DNA from: an uncultured Gemmatimonadaceae bacterium
GTDB taxonomy: Bacteria > Gemmatimonadota > Gemmatimonadetes > Gemmatimonadales > Gemmatimonadaceae
Direction: 5' to 3'
NCBI GenBank assembly: GCA_963843845.1
Contig: CAWJMB010000007.1
Span: 1 to 64,000, forward strand
Length of the DNA stretch: 64,000 nucleotides
In this document: positions 10,795 through 21,056 of the stretch, piece after piece
Layout: the number at the start of each line of letters is the position of its first letter
How positions within the stretch are numbered: the first letter of the stretch is position 1
Translations under genes and position numbers: made by a program
Notes under the pieces: model-generated
What the model was told of the DNA's origin: nothing
Seen by the model: only the letters and a program-made list of their open reading frames with translations
The model's database searches: none

Positions 10795-13232
10795 GCGTAG
10801 TAGTACGACGACGACGGCTCGTCCATGAGCTCGTTGTCGGGGTCGTTCAGCGCGACGCCGGCGAGTGGCGCGCCAGACTGCGTGAGCTGACGCGCCGCAG
10901 CAGTCGCCTCGAGCCCGGTCGTCTGGCCGGCGCGTACGACGAGCAGCACCGCGTCGACCGCCGCCGACATCGCCGCCGAATCCGAGACGGCGAGCACCGG
11001 TGACGAGTCGATGATGACCGCGTCGAAGCGTTGCGCGAAGTCGTTCAGCATGGCGCGGAGCCGGGGACCGGACAGCAGGTCGGAGCTGCCGGCGTCGGGC
11101 GTTCCGGCGGTCATCACGAACACGCCGCTCGCCTCGTCGCGGCGCAGCAGCTCGAGCGGCGAGTCGGTTCCCCTGAGCGCGTCGGTCAGGCCGGGGGCGA
11201 TCGAGAGGTCGAAGATCCGGTGCAGCTTGCCGTTCCGCAGGTCGCAGTCGATGAGCAGCACTTGGAACCCCTGACGCGCCAGCGTCGTCGCGAGGTTCGT
11301 CGCGACCGACGTCTTCCCCTCGGAGGGCAGCGCGCTCGTCACGAGCAGCTTGCGCGGCGCCTGACCGAAGCGCGTCGAGAAGAGCGTCGCGCGAAGGTGG
11401 CGGTACGCTTCCGCACCGGGGAACATCTGCACGTCACGCGTGGCGAGCGCGACGCCGCGCGCCGCGGCCGCCTGAGGACGCGGCCGGCCCGCCGCGGCCG
11501 GCCCGCTCGTGCCGCGCGACTGACGCGACGGCAGCCACCGCCGCCTCGTCGGGTCGCGCTCGATACGCGGAATCGTCGCGAGGACGGGGAGCCGGACGGC
11601 ATTCTCGACGTCGCGCCGCCGCTTCAGCGACCGGTCACGGATCACGGGGATCGCGACGAGCACGACGCCGGCGCCGAGCCCGAGGAGGGTGGCGAGGATG
11701 ATCACGCGGGTCGACTCGCGTCCGAGCGGACGCGGGCGCGACTCGAGGTTCAGAATCTCCACCGGTCCGATCTCCGCTGCCTCGGCGATGCGCGCGCGCT
11801 GGTACTCGGTGCGCAGCAGGCTGCTCTGCTCACGCAGCGCGACCTCGTTCTGTCCGAGGCGCGCTTCTTGGGCGTTCGCGCTCGGGAGCAGCGCGAGCTC
11901 GCGCTCGCGCGCCCTGCGCTCTGCCTGGACCGTCAGCAGTTGCGCGTCGAGCATCGCGACGTGCGAGCGAAGCGTGTTCGTGAGCGACTGCTGCGTCGCC
12001 GAGATGAGCGAATCGAGTCTGATGACTTTGGGCTCGCGCGACGTGTATCCATCACCGTCGATCAGCTCGCTGCGTGACGATTCATAGCCGACGAGCCGCT
12101 GAACGAGACTCGTGATCACCGTGTTGCCACTCAGCCCGGGCGCCGACCTGAGCGTACGGAGAACCATCGCGCGCGCCTGCGGAGTGCCCTGCTCCGACTC
12201 GGTCAGTACATCGCGAACGAACGCTCGGCTGCTCTGTAAGTCGCGCTCGCGGAGCGTGAGCTCGGTCAAGTCCTTCTGCTGGCCGATGAACTTGTCGGTG
12301 GTGCTGAACGCCTGCTGCCGCGCTCGGAATCCGCTCAGCGAGAGCTCTGCTCCCTGTAACTGGGCGTCGACCCGACCGAGCTGCTCCTCGATGAACACGC
12401 GGCGGCGACGCGACTGCTGCTGCGCTCGGCGGGCGGCTTCTTCCTGGAATGCGTAGGCGGTTCGGTTCACGACCCGCTGTGCGAGCGACGGGTCGATCGA
12501 CGTGTAGGTGATGTCGATCAGCGTGGACTTCTCGCGTCCACGGCCGCGGATGCCGGCGCGGACGCGGTCGACCGCGAGGTCGCGCCCGAGCACCGTGATT
12601 GCCGGTGTCTCGTCGGCGCGCGAGTCGGTCGGGGTGGGCGCGCCGGTGATCGTGAAGCGAAGCCCACCGACCGCCATGGGGCTGCCGTACGGCACCGGCG
12701 ACGTGCTCGTGCCGAACAGCACGCCGCTCGGCGCGAAGCGTACGGGAACGTAGGCCGCGGGCGCCGCCGGATCGAGCGTCACGTTCGTGAGCAGCGACTC
12801 GGGAAACCCGGTCGCGTGAACGCGCAGGCCGAGCGGTTCGCTGTCGACGACGGCGCCGACGACCGCGGCGCTCTGCACGACCTCGAGCTGGGGAAGGCTG
12901 AGCTGCGCGTAGAGATCCTGGCTCGTGAAGTCCGAACCCGTACCCGCGATGCCGGCGGTCAGCGCCTGCCGCGACGGCACGAGCTGCACGAGCGCCCGCG
13001 CCTGATACTGGTACGCGATGCCGCGCGCCCAGTAGATCGCCCCGCCGGCGCCGATCACGCCGGCCAGCCCGACGACCCACCACTTCCGCAGCAGAGCGCG
13101 GATGAGCTGTGGCACGTCGACCGGGATCCCGTCCGGCTCCTCGGCCGCCGGTCGGTACGGGTGGGGGCGGTGCAGCGGCGCGCCCGCCGCGGGGGTGCTG
13201 TACGGGCGCAGAGACTGAGGAAGCTGCGACAT
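10776..13232 (-). CDS. wzc: Wzc-like polysaccharide co-polymerase/tyrosine autokinase
   Basis: Two TM segments, coiled-coil periplasmic region, VTSALPSEGKT Walker A, LLIDCDLR, IIDSSP, C-terminal YYYAY cluster. Confidence 0.92.
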   Translation of the reverse strand: MSQLPQSLRPYSTPAAGAPLHRPHPYRPAAEEPDGIPVDVPQLIRALLRKWWVVGLAGVIGAGGAIYWARGIAYQYQARALVQLVPSRQALTAGIAGTGSDFTSQDLYAQLSLPQLEVVQSAAVVGAVVDSEPLGLRVHATGFPESLLTNVTLDPAAPAAYVPVRFAPSGVLFGTSTSPVPYGSPMAVGGLRFTITGAPTPTDSRADETPAITVLGRDLAVDRVRAGIRGRGREKSTLIDITYTSIDPSLAQRVVNRTAYAFQEEAARRAQQQSRRRRVFIEEQLGRVDAQLQGAELSLSGFRARQQAFSTTDKFIGQQKDLTELTLRERDLQSSRAFVRDVLTESEQGTPQARAMVLRTLRSAPGLSGNTVITSLVQRLVGYESSRSELIDGDGYTSREPKVIRLDSLISATQQSLTNTLRSHVAMLDAQLLTVQAERRARERELALLPSANAQEARLGQNEVALREQSSLLRTEYQRARIAEAAEIGPVEILNLESRPRPLGRESTRVIILATLLGLGAGVVLVAIPVIRDRSLKRRRDVENAVRLPVLATIPRIERDPTRRRWLPSRQSRGTSGPAAAGRPRPQAAAARGVALATRDVQMFPGAEAYRHLRATLFSTRFGQAPRKLLVTSALPSEGKTSVATNLATTLARQGFQVLLIDCDLRNGKLHRIFDLSIAPGLTDALRGTDSPLELLRRDEASGVFVMTAGTPDAGSSDLLSGPRLRAMLNDFAQRFDAVIIDSSPVLAVSDSAAMSAAVDAVLLVVRAGQTTGLEATAAARQLTQSGAPLAGVALNDPDNELMDEPSSSYYYAYSAAG

Positions 13233-13334
13233 AGTCGAGCGGGGACACCAGCGGAGGGAATCGGAAACGGCGGGCGCGCCGCCGCGTCACAGTGCATCAG
13301 CCTGTGCGTGGCGGCAACCGGCGCCATCGGTCAT

Positions 13335-13460
13335 TGCAGGCGCCATGCTTCGCCGCAGGTCAGGACGGCTGGGCGTAAGTCGTTGCATCAATTGAGCTTA
13401 TGTCACACGCTCCGGGAGGCGCCGCCGGCCACGCGCGCGGGATGTGGCGACGCACTGACA
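13335..13460 (-). promoter_or_regulatory. Putative sigma54-type promoter of wzc
   Basis: Minus-strand AAGCATG-GCGC-CTGCA 13350-13335; TAAGTCGTTGCAT 13376-13388; TGTGGCGACGCACTGACA 13443-13460. Confidence 0.62.
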
Positions 13461-13552
13461 GAAGTGTTGTGTGCGTCCGGCGGACACGACGACGGGGCCG
13501 GCGATCCGAAGATCGCCGGCCCCGTCGTGCTCGGCTGAGAGCGACCCAGCGG

Positions 13553-16255
13553 TCAGTCGCAGTGCGGGGTGCCGAGATTGCCGTTGTTGAAGCTGTCGAG
13601 CGTGGACATCCAGGCGTCCGCCTGCGCGCTCTTGATCGACGGCAGCGTGCCATTCGCCGGCGTGTTCGCGAGTAGCCACGCTTCGGCCGCGTTCAGCGTC
13701 GAGAGCACGGATGCGCTCGTCGGGGCGCCATTCGCCCGGTTCAGCCTGGCCGCCATCCACTGGTGGGCAAGTTGGACATAGGAGTTGCCGCCCTTCGGCG
13801 GAGTTCCGAACAGCCCGTCCCAGGTCAGTCCGGTCACCTTCTTCTGCGGTGTCATCCACTGCGCGCTCGGAGAGAACGGCGCCGGCCACGCCTCCTCGTG
13901 GTTCTTCCAGTAGCCTTGCGTGTACGTGCAGGCCACAGTGCCGACCTGCTCGTAGAACCCGAAGTCGACCGTCAGGTCGGCGTTCCCCGCGATCATCACC
14001 GACGTGCCGTTGCCGTTGCTGTCGATCGCGCGGTCCGGCCCGGCGAGCGACGGCGAGGCGACCCAGCCGATCGGGAGGTTGCTCACGGACACCGTATACG
14101 TCCCGGCGACGAGGTTCGCGAAGCCGTACGTCCCGTTCGCGGCGGTCGTGGTGGTCTGCGACGTCGCGCCCTTCGTGAGCGTGACGGTGACGCCGCTGAC
14201 TCCCGGCTCGTTCGCGTCCTGAATTCCGTCGCGGTCGAAGTCGTTCCAGACGAAGTCGCCGAGCGAGCCGAGCCGGAAGTAGCCGAAGTCGACGTCCTCT
14301 CGATTCGCCGTGAGCGTCACGGTCGCGCAACTCGGCGTCGCGATGCCGTCGAGGTCGTACGACGGGTTGTAGGCGGCGGGGACGCCGCCGATACACACCT
14401 TGTACGTCCCGGCGAGGAGATTGCCGATCGTATACCCGCCATCGCCCGCAGTCGTCGCCGTGCCGACGACGGTGTTGCTCGCAGTCGTGACCGTGACGGA
14501 CAGTCCGTTCAGGCCGGTCTCACCGCTCTCCTGCACGCCGTCGGCGTCGAGATCGTTCCACACCCGGTCGCCGAGTGAGAAGCGAGGCGCCGTGTACCCG
14601 AAGTCCACGTCGGTACGGCTCACGCTCAGGGTGATCGACGCGCAGTTCGCCGTCGCCACCCCGTCCAGATCGTACGTCTGGGTGTAGCCGCTCGGCGTGC
14701 CGGTCACGCACACGGTGTAGGTGCCCGCGCGCAGGTTGCCGATGGCGTATGCGCCGTCACCTGCGGTCGTCGCCGTGCCGACGGTGGTGTTGCCGGCATC
14801 GGTCACCGTGACCGTGACGCCGTCGAGCCCCGGCTCGCCGCCGTCCTGCACGCCGTTGCCGTTGACGTCGTTCCACACGCGGTCGCCGAGGCTGTAGGTG
14901 GGCGGCGGCGCATCGAGGTCCCAGCGCGCCGTGCGGCGGCGTGCCGGATCGTCTGGCGTGCCGAAGCCGAACAGCTCGTCGCCCGCAACCTGGCGCACGT
15001 TGTTGATGCCGAAGCCGGCCGACGAGCACGCATCGACGTGCTTGCCGAGGTCGACGAGCAGCATCGAGCCGTTGGTCTGCGGGCGCCAGGCGACCGCGTG
15101 CGCACCGTTGTCCGGCGTGAAGCTGTAGCCGGCGACGATGCCGTCCTGCGAGATCGCGAAGGCGAGCGACGTGGTCGTTCCGCCGATCGTGCCGAGGTCG
15201 GTGTACGTGCCGTTCTTCCAACGCCACGCGCGCGTCGTGCCGTCCGTGTACCGCGCCCAGCCCGAAATCTCGCCGGCGTCGTTCACGTCGGTCGCGCGCG
15301 CTTCCTGGCTCCCGGCCGGCCGGTCGAGGTTCTGGAAGCCGCTTCCCGGCCGCCACACGAACGCGCGAGCACTCGAGAAGTTCGGGTTGTGGTATCCGAC
15401 CACCCACCCGAGGTTGTTGTTCCCGGCCGCGAGTGCCGGCGTGCCAGGCGTCGGCGAGCCGAGTACCGTCCAGACGCCCGCCTTCCAGGTGCCGATGGTG
15501 TTGAGGCCGGCCACGCGCACCGTCGCTGCGACCTCGCCGCCGTCGTTGACCGCCGCGGCTGCGCTCATCGTCGCGTTCGCCGGCATGCCGAGCAGCACGA
15601 TGCCGGTCGCGCCCGTCCAGCTCCACGCCTGCGTCGTCGGTGTGCCGCCGACCGGCACGGTCGCGACGCCGACGACCATGTTCGAGTTGTTGAGCGCGCG
15701 CGACAGGTTCTGCGTCGCGCCCGCGGGGATCGGCACCGTGATCCATCCACTCCCCTCGCGCCACAGCCCCGGCTGTGCATATACGGAGGCCGCGCCGCCT
15801 GGGAGGTCGGTCAGCGCCTGGTCGGCGAGGATGTACCCGGCGTCGTTGATGCCGCGAACGAACATCGGGCCCGCCGCGGCCGAGCCGGTGCCGTTCAGCA
15901 CGCCGACCTCGTACATCGTGACGCCGGTATTGCTCTGCGTCAGCTGCTCGTACGCCGGGAGCGGCGCGAAGAGGGTCGCGAAGCTCATCGCCGCGCGCGA
16001 CATCGACGGGCCGTTCGTCAGGCCGCGCGAGAACGACGGCCCGTCGACCGAGCCGAGTCGCGAGACGCAGACCGGCGCGTCGGCGAGGGCGGCGTTCGCC
16101 ATCGGGCTCAGGAACGCCAGATCGGTGACGGGCGGCTGCGCGCGGTTCAGCGCCGCGGGTGCGCTGGCCGGCTCGGTCGTCACGTGCTCGCATGCCGCAA
16201 GCAGCAGCAGAGCGCTCGTGGTCGCGACGGTGTGCTGGAGGAGTGGTCGCCTCAT
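13553..16255 (-). CDS. Surface lipoprotein with HAF-type extracellular repeats and three SdrD B-like domains
   Basis: LLLLAAC lipobox; A..IND.G.V.G / TDLGTIGG repeats; three LGD(R/F)VWND..G.QD..E.G repeats; CTYTQGYWKNH C-terminal domain. Confidence 0.85.
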   Translation of the reverse strand: MRRPLLQHTVATTSALLLLAACEHVTTEPASAPAALNRAQPPVTDLAFLSPMANAALADAPVCVSRLGSVDGPSFSRGLTNGPSMSRAAMSFATLFAPLPAYEQLTQSNTGVTMYEVGVLNGTGSAAAGPMFVRGINDAGYILADQALTDLPGGAASVYAQPGLWREGSGWITVPIPAGATQNLSRALNNSNMVVGVATVPVGGTPTTQAWSWTGATGIVLLGMPANATMSAAAAVNDGGEVAATVRVAGLNTIGTWKAGVWTVLGSPTPGTPALAAGNNNLGWVVGYHNPNFSSARAFVWRPGSGFQNLDRPAGSQEARATDVNDAGEISGWARYTDGTTRAWRWKNGTYTDLGTIGGTTTSLAFAISQDGIVAGYSFTPDNGAHAVAWRPQTNGSMLLVDLGKHVDACSSAGFGINNVRQVAGDELFGFGTPDDPARRRTARWDLDAPPPTYSLGDRVWNDVNGNGVQDGGEPGLDGVTVTVTDAGNTTVGTATTAGDGAYAIGNLRAGTYTVCVTGTPSGYTQTYDLDGVATANCASITLSVSRTDVDFGYTAPRFSLGDRVWNDLDADGVQESGETGLNGLSVTVTTASNTVVGTATTAGDGGYTIGNLLAGTYKVCIGGVPAAYNPSYDLDGIATPSCATVTLTANREDVDFGYFRLGSLGDFVWNDFDRDGIQDANEPGVSGVTVTLTKGATSQTTTTAANGTYGFANLVAGTYTVSVSNLPIGWVASPSLAGPDRAIDSNGNGTSVMIAGNADLTVDFGFYEQVGTVACTYTQGYWKNHEEAWPAPFSPSAQWMTPQKKVTGLTWDGLFGTPPKGGNSYVQLAHQWMAARLNRANGAPTSASVLSTLNAAEAWLLANTPANGTLPSIKSAQADAWMSTLDSFNNGNLGTPHCD

Positions 16256-16375
16256 TGCAGGGGAGGGGAGGGGAAGGGGGCGCCGACGGAGAGCGGTCGA
16301 CGTCGAGCGGAGGAGGCACTGCGGAGAACAGCGACTGCGTCACGTTCCTCGGCGACGGGCAAGCGAGCGCCGCCA

Positions 16376-16526
16376 TGCAATCGTGCTGCCGGCCTCTTCG
16401 ATGGCGGCATCGGGCCGCGAACGGCGCGAATGCCCAGATGGCACAACGGCTTACGCAGCGGACATCTGTTCCGACGCCTGGCCCCGCCCACGCCACGCCG
16501 CGCAGGGGTGTGAGGGGCGCGTTACA
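16376..16526 (-). promoter_or_regulatory. Putative sigma54 promoter of the HAF/SdrD lipoprotein
   Basis: Minus-strand CGGCAGC-ACGA-TTGCA (GG-N10-GC) 16391-16376; GCACAACGGCTTA 16441-16453; TGTGAGGGGCGCGTTACA 16509-16526. Confidence 0.65.
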
Positions 16527-16564
16527 GTTCTGACATTCCGTGTCGACACTGCTGAGCACGACAC

Positions 16565-17935
16565 ATGTTTACAGATGACCTGAGCCGCGCCGTCGCCTCG
16601 GGGCGATACGGCGACGCGATGCGGAAGGCGTACGAGATCGCGAACGCGAATCCGCTCGATCCGAAGTCGCTGCGACGCGTCGGACGGATCGCGCTGGAGG
16701 CGAACGAGCCGCACTTCGCGATCCGGGTGCTCGAGCTCGCCCGGCGACTGGATCCGCGGCAGGCGGCGATCTACGGCGACCTCGCCGCGGCCTACGTCGT
16801 CGTGGGAGAACATGACACCGCCGTCGCACTGTTCGACCGCGCGCTGGCCCTCGGCACGACGTCACCGTCGGTGCTGCACAACTACGCCCGCGCGCTCCAG
16901 CTCCGTTCTGGTCGCGATGCTGCCGCCGAGCTGATCGCACGAGCACTCGCACTCGAGCCAGAGACTGCGGCGGACCGATTCCATGCCGGGCTCGCCCGCC
17001 TCGCACGCCGTGACTGGCAGGGCGGTTGGGAGGGGGTCGAAGCTCGGCGCGACACGAACGCCTGGGTCCGGCCATGGTGGGCGGCGCCGTGGGCACTCCA
17101 GACGCCCGAGCTTTGGACCGGGCAGTCCAGCCTCGACCGAACGATCTGGGTCCATCCAGAAGGCGGATTCGGCGACGTCTTCTTCTTCGCGCGCTTTCTT
17201 CCCGAGGTCTCGCGCCGGGTCGGCCGAGTCGTCGTCACATCCCATCGGGCGATCGACCGAGTGCTGCTGGGGATTCCCGGTGTCGCGGAGGTCCGACCGG
17301 CGGGCGATCCGTCGGCGACGGACTGCCTTCACGTCGCGTTGTATTCGCTACCCCCGCTCCTGGGGCGCCCCGCGCCGCGTCCGGACGATGTCCCCTATCT
17401 CCGGACGCCAGCTGACGGACCGACCCTCCCGCCACGCGCCGCCGGTACGCGGCTGCGCGTCGGACTCGTGTGGGCGGGGAGCAAGGGGTTCAGCTTCGAC
17501 GGCGACCGCTCTGTTCCCGATGCGACCGTGCTTCAGCCGCTCTGCGCCGTCCACGGCGTCGAGTTCGTGTCGTTACAAGTCGGTCCGACGACGGAATGGG
17601 CGGACGCGCTCGCCATTCAGCCGGCGCCGCCGCTGCGCGATTTCGCCGACACTGCGTTCGTGCTCGCGCAGCTCGACCTCGTCATCACCGTCGACACGGC
17701 CGTCGCGAACCTCGCCGGCGCGCTGGGCACGCCGGTGTGGGTGATGGTGCCGAGCATCGACGAGTTCCGGTGGCTCGCCGACGGTACGAACACGCCCTGG
17801 TACCCGACCGCCACCGTATTTCGGCGGAACGGCGCGAGCGACTGGCCGGGGGTGCTGTCGCGCGTGACGAACGCGCTCCGCGCCTACGCTCGCGACGGAA
17901 CCGCGTCGGACGTCGCACGACTCGCGTCGATCTAG
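16565..17935 (+). CDS. TPR-repeat protein with C-terminal GT9-like glycosyltransferase domain
   Basis: N-terminal TPR helices; EGGFGDVFFFARF, RVGLVWAGS, LDLVITVDTAVANLAGALG, RW....TPWYP. Confidence 0.85.
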   Translation: MFTDDLSRAVASGRYGDAMRKAYEIANANPLDPKSLRRVGRIALEANEPHFAIRVLELARRLDPRQAAIYGDLAAAYVVVGEHDTAVALFDRALALGTTSPSVLHNYARALQLRSGRDAAAELIARALALEPETAADRFHAGLARLARRDWQGGWEGVEARRDTNAWVRPWWAAPWALQTPELWTGQSSLDRTIWVHPEGGFGDVFFFARFLPEVSRRVGRVVVTSHRAIDRVLLGIPGVAEVRPAGDPSATDCLHVALYSLPPLLGRPAPRPDDVPYLRTPADGPTLPPRAAGTRLRVGLVWAGSKGFSFDGDRSVPDATVLQPLCAVHGVEFVSLQVGPTTEWADALAIQPAPPLRDFADTAFVLAQLDLVITVDTAVANLAGALGTPVWVMVPSIDEFRWLADGTNTPWYPTATVFRRNGASDWPGVLSRVTNALRAYARDGTASDVARLASI

Positions 17936-19107
17936 GCGCCGAGCAGCAGGCGGCGTCCGTACGCGAACAGGTCGGTCGCGCGCCCACGCGCGCCGCGTGC
18001 CGCGCGCTGCGCCTCGGCGGCCGCGACACCGCGCTGCTCGCGCTCCTCTTCGGGCATGACCAGCAGCGTCCACGGCCTCGCATCGCCGTGCCCACTTCGT
18101 TCCGGCAGCACGGTGAGCGACCACAGCGCGCGCCGGAGCCGGGCCGATGGGCAGTCGACGCCGGTCGGGAAGGCGGCGAGCACGAGATGACGAGCGAGCA
18201 GAGCGTGCAGCGGCGCCGGCACCGACGGTCGGAGCGCCGCGATCACCGTCTGCGGCACGTCGGCGCCGAAGAGCGCGCGGGCCATCGAGAGCGTCCAGTA
18301 GCAGCATGTCGCGGCGCGCGCGTCGCGGGTGAGCGTCACGAGGCGTTCCCAGTCGAGATCCGGGGCGGCCGCGATCGCCGCGACGTCGCGGAACGCGCGC
18401 CAGGCGTGCGTCCGCCCCATGTGCTGCCAGAGGAAATGGACGCAGCTGTGGACGAGCAGGTGCTCCAGCGTCGGGATGGCGAGCGCAGAGCCGCTGGCGA
18501 CCGGCGTCGCGCCGTCGAGCACCATGGCTGCGGAGAAGCGGAACGGGTGCCCGGTCCCGAGTACCTCGGTATGCAGCTCGAGACTCGTCAGCCCGCGCCG
18601 GTCGATGAGCGGCGGAAGGTGGTGGTAGTCCGCCTTCCACCACTCGCGATCCGTCGGCGACGACCACCCGACGCGGTGCAGCGCGTCGAGCGCCTCGGGT
18701 ACCCGCGCGCGCGGCACGAGCACGTCGAGATCGACCATGGATCGTTCGGTGAACGCGCCGTACACACCGGCCGCGAGCGCGGCCCCCTTCAGTGCGACCG
18801 CCTGCACCCCGGCCTCGGCGAGGGCCGTCGCGCTCTCGGCGAGACGGTGCTGCAGGTAGAGCAGGCGAAACTCGGTGACGCTCGCGGCGCGCGCCAACGC
18901 GTCGGCAACGTCCTTCGGTATGGCGGCGCGCGCGAACTCGGCGAGGCGGCGCCAGACGACCGGGCTCGCGTGGTCGCGGTGCACGAGCGCCGAGAACTGA
19001 CGCCAGTCGAGCGACGGGTGTCGCGCCGCTTCGTGGATCGCGTCGCCATTCGCGGCGCGCGCCCCGCACAGCAGAAAGAGCCGGATCTCCGGCGGGAGCG
19101 ACTGCAC
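17932..19107 (-). CDS. Nucleotidyltransferase family protein (NTP_transf_5-like), lasso cluster-associated
   Basis: ALKGAALA..VY....RSMVDLDVLV, LELH motifs; last gene of the lasso operon. Start approximate. Confidence 0.85.
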   Translation of the reverse strand: MQSLPPEIRLFLLCGARAANGDAIHEAARHPSLDWRQFSALVHRDHASPVVWRRLAEFARAAIPKDVADALARAASVTEFRLLYLQHRLAESATALAEAGVQAVALKGAALAAGVYGAFTERSMVDLDVLVPRARVPEALDALHRVGWSSPTDREWWKADYHHLPPLIDRRGLTSLELHTEVLGTGHPFRFSAAMVLDGATPVASGSALAIPTLEHLLVHSCVHFLWQHMGRTHAWRAFRDVAAIAAAPDLDWERLVTLTRDARAATCCYWTLSMARALFGADVPQTVIAALRPSVPAPLHALLARHLVLAAFPTGVDCPSARLRRALWSLTVLPERSGHGDARPWTLLVMPEEEREQRGVAAAEAQRAARGARGRATDLFAYGRRLLLGA

Positions 19108-19145
19108 GAGACGAGTGACGGAGCGATCGGGTCGGCGCGTCGCGC

Positions 19146-19946
19146 TCAGTACATCCCGAGTGTGCCGTGCCGCCGAGCGTGCCGCATCGCCAGGTCGAAC
19201 ACGACGACGCCGACCGCGAGCAGCACGAGCGTCATCCCGGTGAGCATCACGACGTCTCGGCTGACGGCGAAGAGCGAGGCGTCGCGCAGCATGACCTGCC
19301 GCAGCGCGCGCAGCCCGTACGTCAGCGGAATGAACTCCGCCACGTCGGAGAGCCACGACGGCATGACGTGCGTCGGATAGTAGACGCCGCCGAGCAGGCT
19401 GGAGCCGGCCGTGACCGCGGTGAGCACCGGCCCCGTCGTCCGGAACCGGACGAACATCGCGGCGCCGAGCAGGGCGAACGGGAGATGCGAGGCGACGATG
19501 AGCGCGAGCACGACGACGCTCGCCGGGAGGCTGCTCAGAAAGATCGGCGCGCCGAGCGCCTTGCCGACGCCGAGCGTCAGGGCGACGCGCACGAGCAGAA
19601 ACACCAGCTGATACGCGACCATCCCGATCAACACGCTCGGCAGGCGAGCCGGCGTGCTGAACACCGTCTCGAGCGTGCCCGTCGTGATCGACGTGCTGAC
19701 GGCCGTCGGCAGGGCGGTGACGGCGTAGGGCACCAGGTAGAACGCGGTGATGCCGACGAGCAGAAAGCCGAAGTACTGCCCTCCCTGGTCGGCGATCGCG
19801 TTCCCCATGATGGGCTGCAGCGCCCCCGAGACGAAGTACAGCGGCACGATGCCGATCAACACAGCGAAGTACGACATGACCGTGTTGAGCTTGTAGCTCG
19901 CCGCGTTCAGGACGCTGGCTCGGAAGAATGCGACAGCGACGCTCAT
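19146..19946 (-). CDS. ABC-2 type transporter permease
   Basis: About 6 TM helices, GTLETVFSTP, LLGGVYYP..VMP.WL, PLTYGL. Confidence 0.9.
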   Translation of the reverse strand: MSVAVAFFRASVLNAASYKLNTVMSYFAVLIGIVPLYFVSGALQPIMGNAIADQGGQYFGFLLVGITAFYLVPYAVTALPTAVSTSITTGTLETVFSTPARLPSVLIGMVAYQLVFLLVRVALTLGVGKALGAPIFLSSLPASVVVLALIVASHLPFALLGAAMFVRFRTTGPVLTAVTAGSSLLGGVYYPTHVMPSWLSDVAEFIPLTYGLRALRQVMLRDASLFAVSRDVVMLTGMTLVLLAVGVVVFDLAMRHARRHGTLGMY

Positions 19947-19949
19947 CGG

Positions 19950-21056
19950 TCAGGGAGTCCGTCGGGCGGCGACGACGCGCCGGAGCAGCGTCGCGAGATC
20001 GAGCTCCTCACGCTCGAAGCGCGCGACGTCGACGCCCGCCGCGCTGAGCGCGCGAAGCACGGCGCTCGCGTCGGCGAGCGATCCGGGGATCGTCAGCCGC
20101 ACCGTCGACCAGCCGTCGGCGTCGGGATCGGAGCGGTCGGTGACGGCTACGCCATCGGCGGCGAGCGCGGTGAAGGCTGCGTGCTCCGGCGTCCGCGTCC
20201 AGACGACGAACGCTCGGTCGCCGAAGCGCAGGTCGAGCTCGTCGGTCGTGCCGACGGCGAGCAACCGCCCGCGGTCGAGGATCGCGACGCGGTCGCAGAG
20301 CTGCATCGCCTCCTCGCTGCTGTGCGTCGCGAGCAGGACGGTGCAGCCGCTCGCCGTCGCGACGTCGCTCCGCAGAAAGCCGCGAAACTCCTCGGCCGCG
20401 ATCGGGTCGAGGCTTCGTGTCGGCTCGTCGAGCAGCAGGAGGCGTGGGCGCGGCAGCAGAGCGCGGGCGATGAGGAGTCGCTGGCGCATTCCCGACGAGT
20501 ACAGCCCCACCATCTTCGCGCCGACGTCCGGGAGCCCGACGAGCGCCAGCACGTCGGCGATGCGTTGCCGGGCGACCGGGCCGTGCATGTCGTAGAGCGC
20601 CGCGAACAGTCGCAGATTCTCCACTGCGGAGAGGCGCCAGTACAGCGACCGATCGTTCGCCATCACGCAGCTCACCGAGCCGCGGACCTGCCCCGGCTCG
20701 TGCTCGACCGAGTAGCCGAACACGTGGGCGCTCCCTTCGTCGGGAATCACCGACGTCGTGAGCATGCGGAAGAGTGTCGTCTTGCCGGCCCCGTTCGGAC
20801 CAAGCAGTCCGAAGAACTCGCCTTCGGCGACGTCGAACGTTACGTCATCGAGTACCGTAGCTCGCGGCCGGTCGAACGGGCGGCGAAGCACCTGCTGCCA
20901 GCCTCGGCGCACGAGGAACGATTTGCTCAGCCGGTCGATCCCGACCGCGGGAGCCCGTTCGGCCCGTTCGGAGCGCTCGACGAGGACGAGCTCGTCTGGC
21001 GCGCCGTGCGGCGGCACGTACGTGGCTGCGTCCGTCTCAGCGAGACGCAACGACAT
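19950..21056 (-). CDS. ABC transporter ATP-binding protein
   Basis: GPNGAGKTT, YSSGMRQR, LLLDEPT, LATH. Start could be up to 21104. Confidence 0.93.
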   Translation of the reverse strand: MSLRLAETDAATYVPPHGAPDELVLVERSERAERAPAVGIDRLSKSFLVRRGWQQVLRRPFDRPRATVLDDVTFDVAEGEFFGLLGPNGAGKTTLFRMLTTSVIPDEGSAHVFGYSVEHEPGQVRGSVSCVMANDRSLYWRLSAVENLRLFAALYDMHGPVARQRIADVLALVGLPDVGAKMVGLYSSGMRQRLLIARALLPRPRLLLLDEPTRSLDPIAAEEFRGFLRSDVATASGCTVLLATHSSEEAMQLCDRVAILDRGRLLAVGTTDELDLRFGDRAFVVWTRTPEHAAFTALAADGVAVTDRSDPDADGWSTVRLTIPGSLADASAVLRALSAAGVDVARFEREELDLATLLRRVVAARRTP

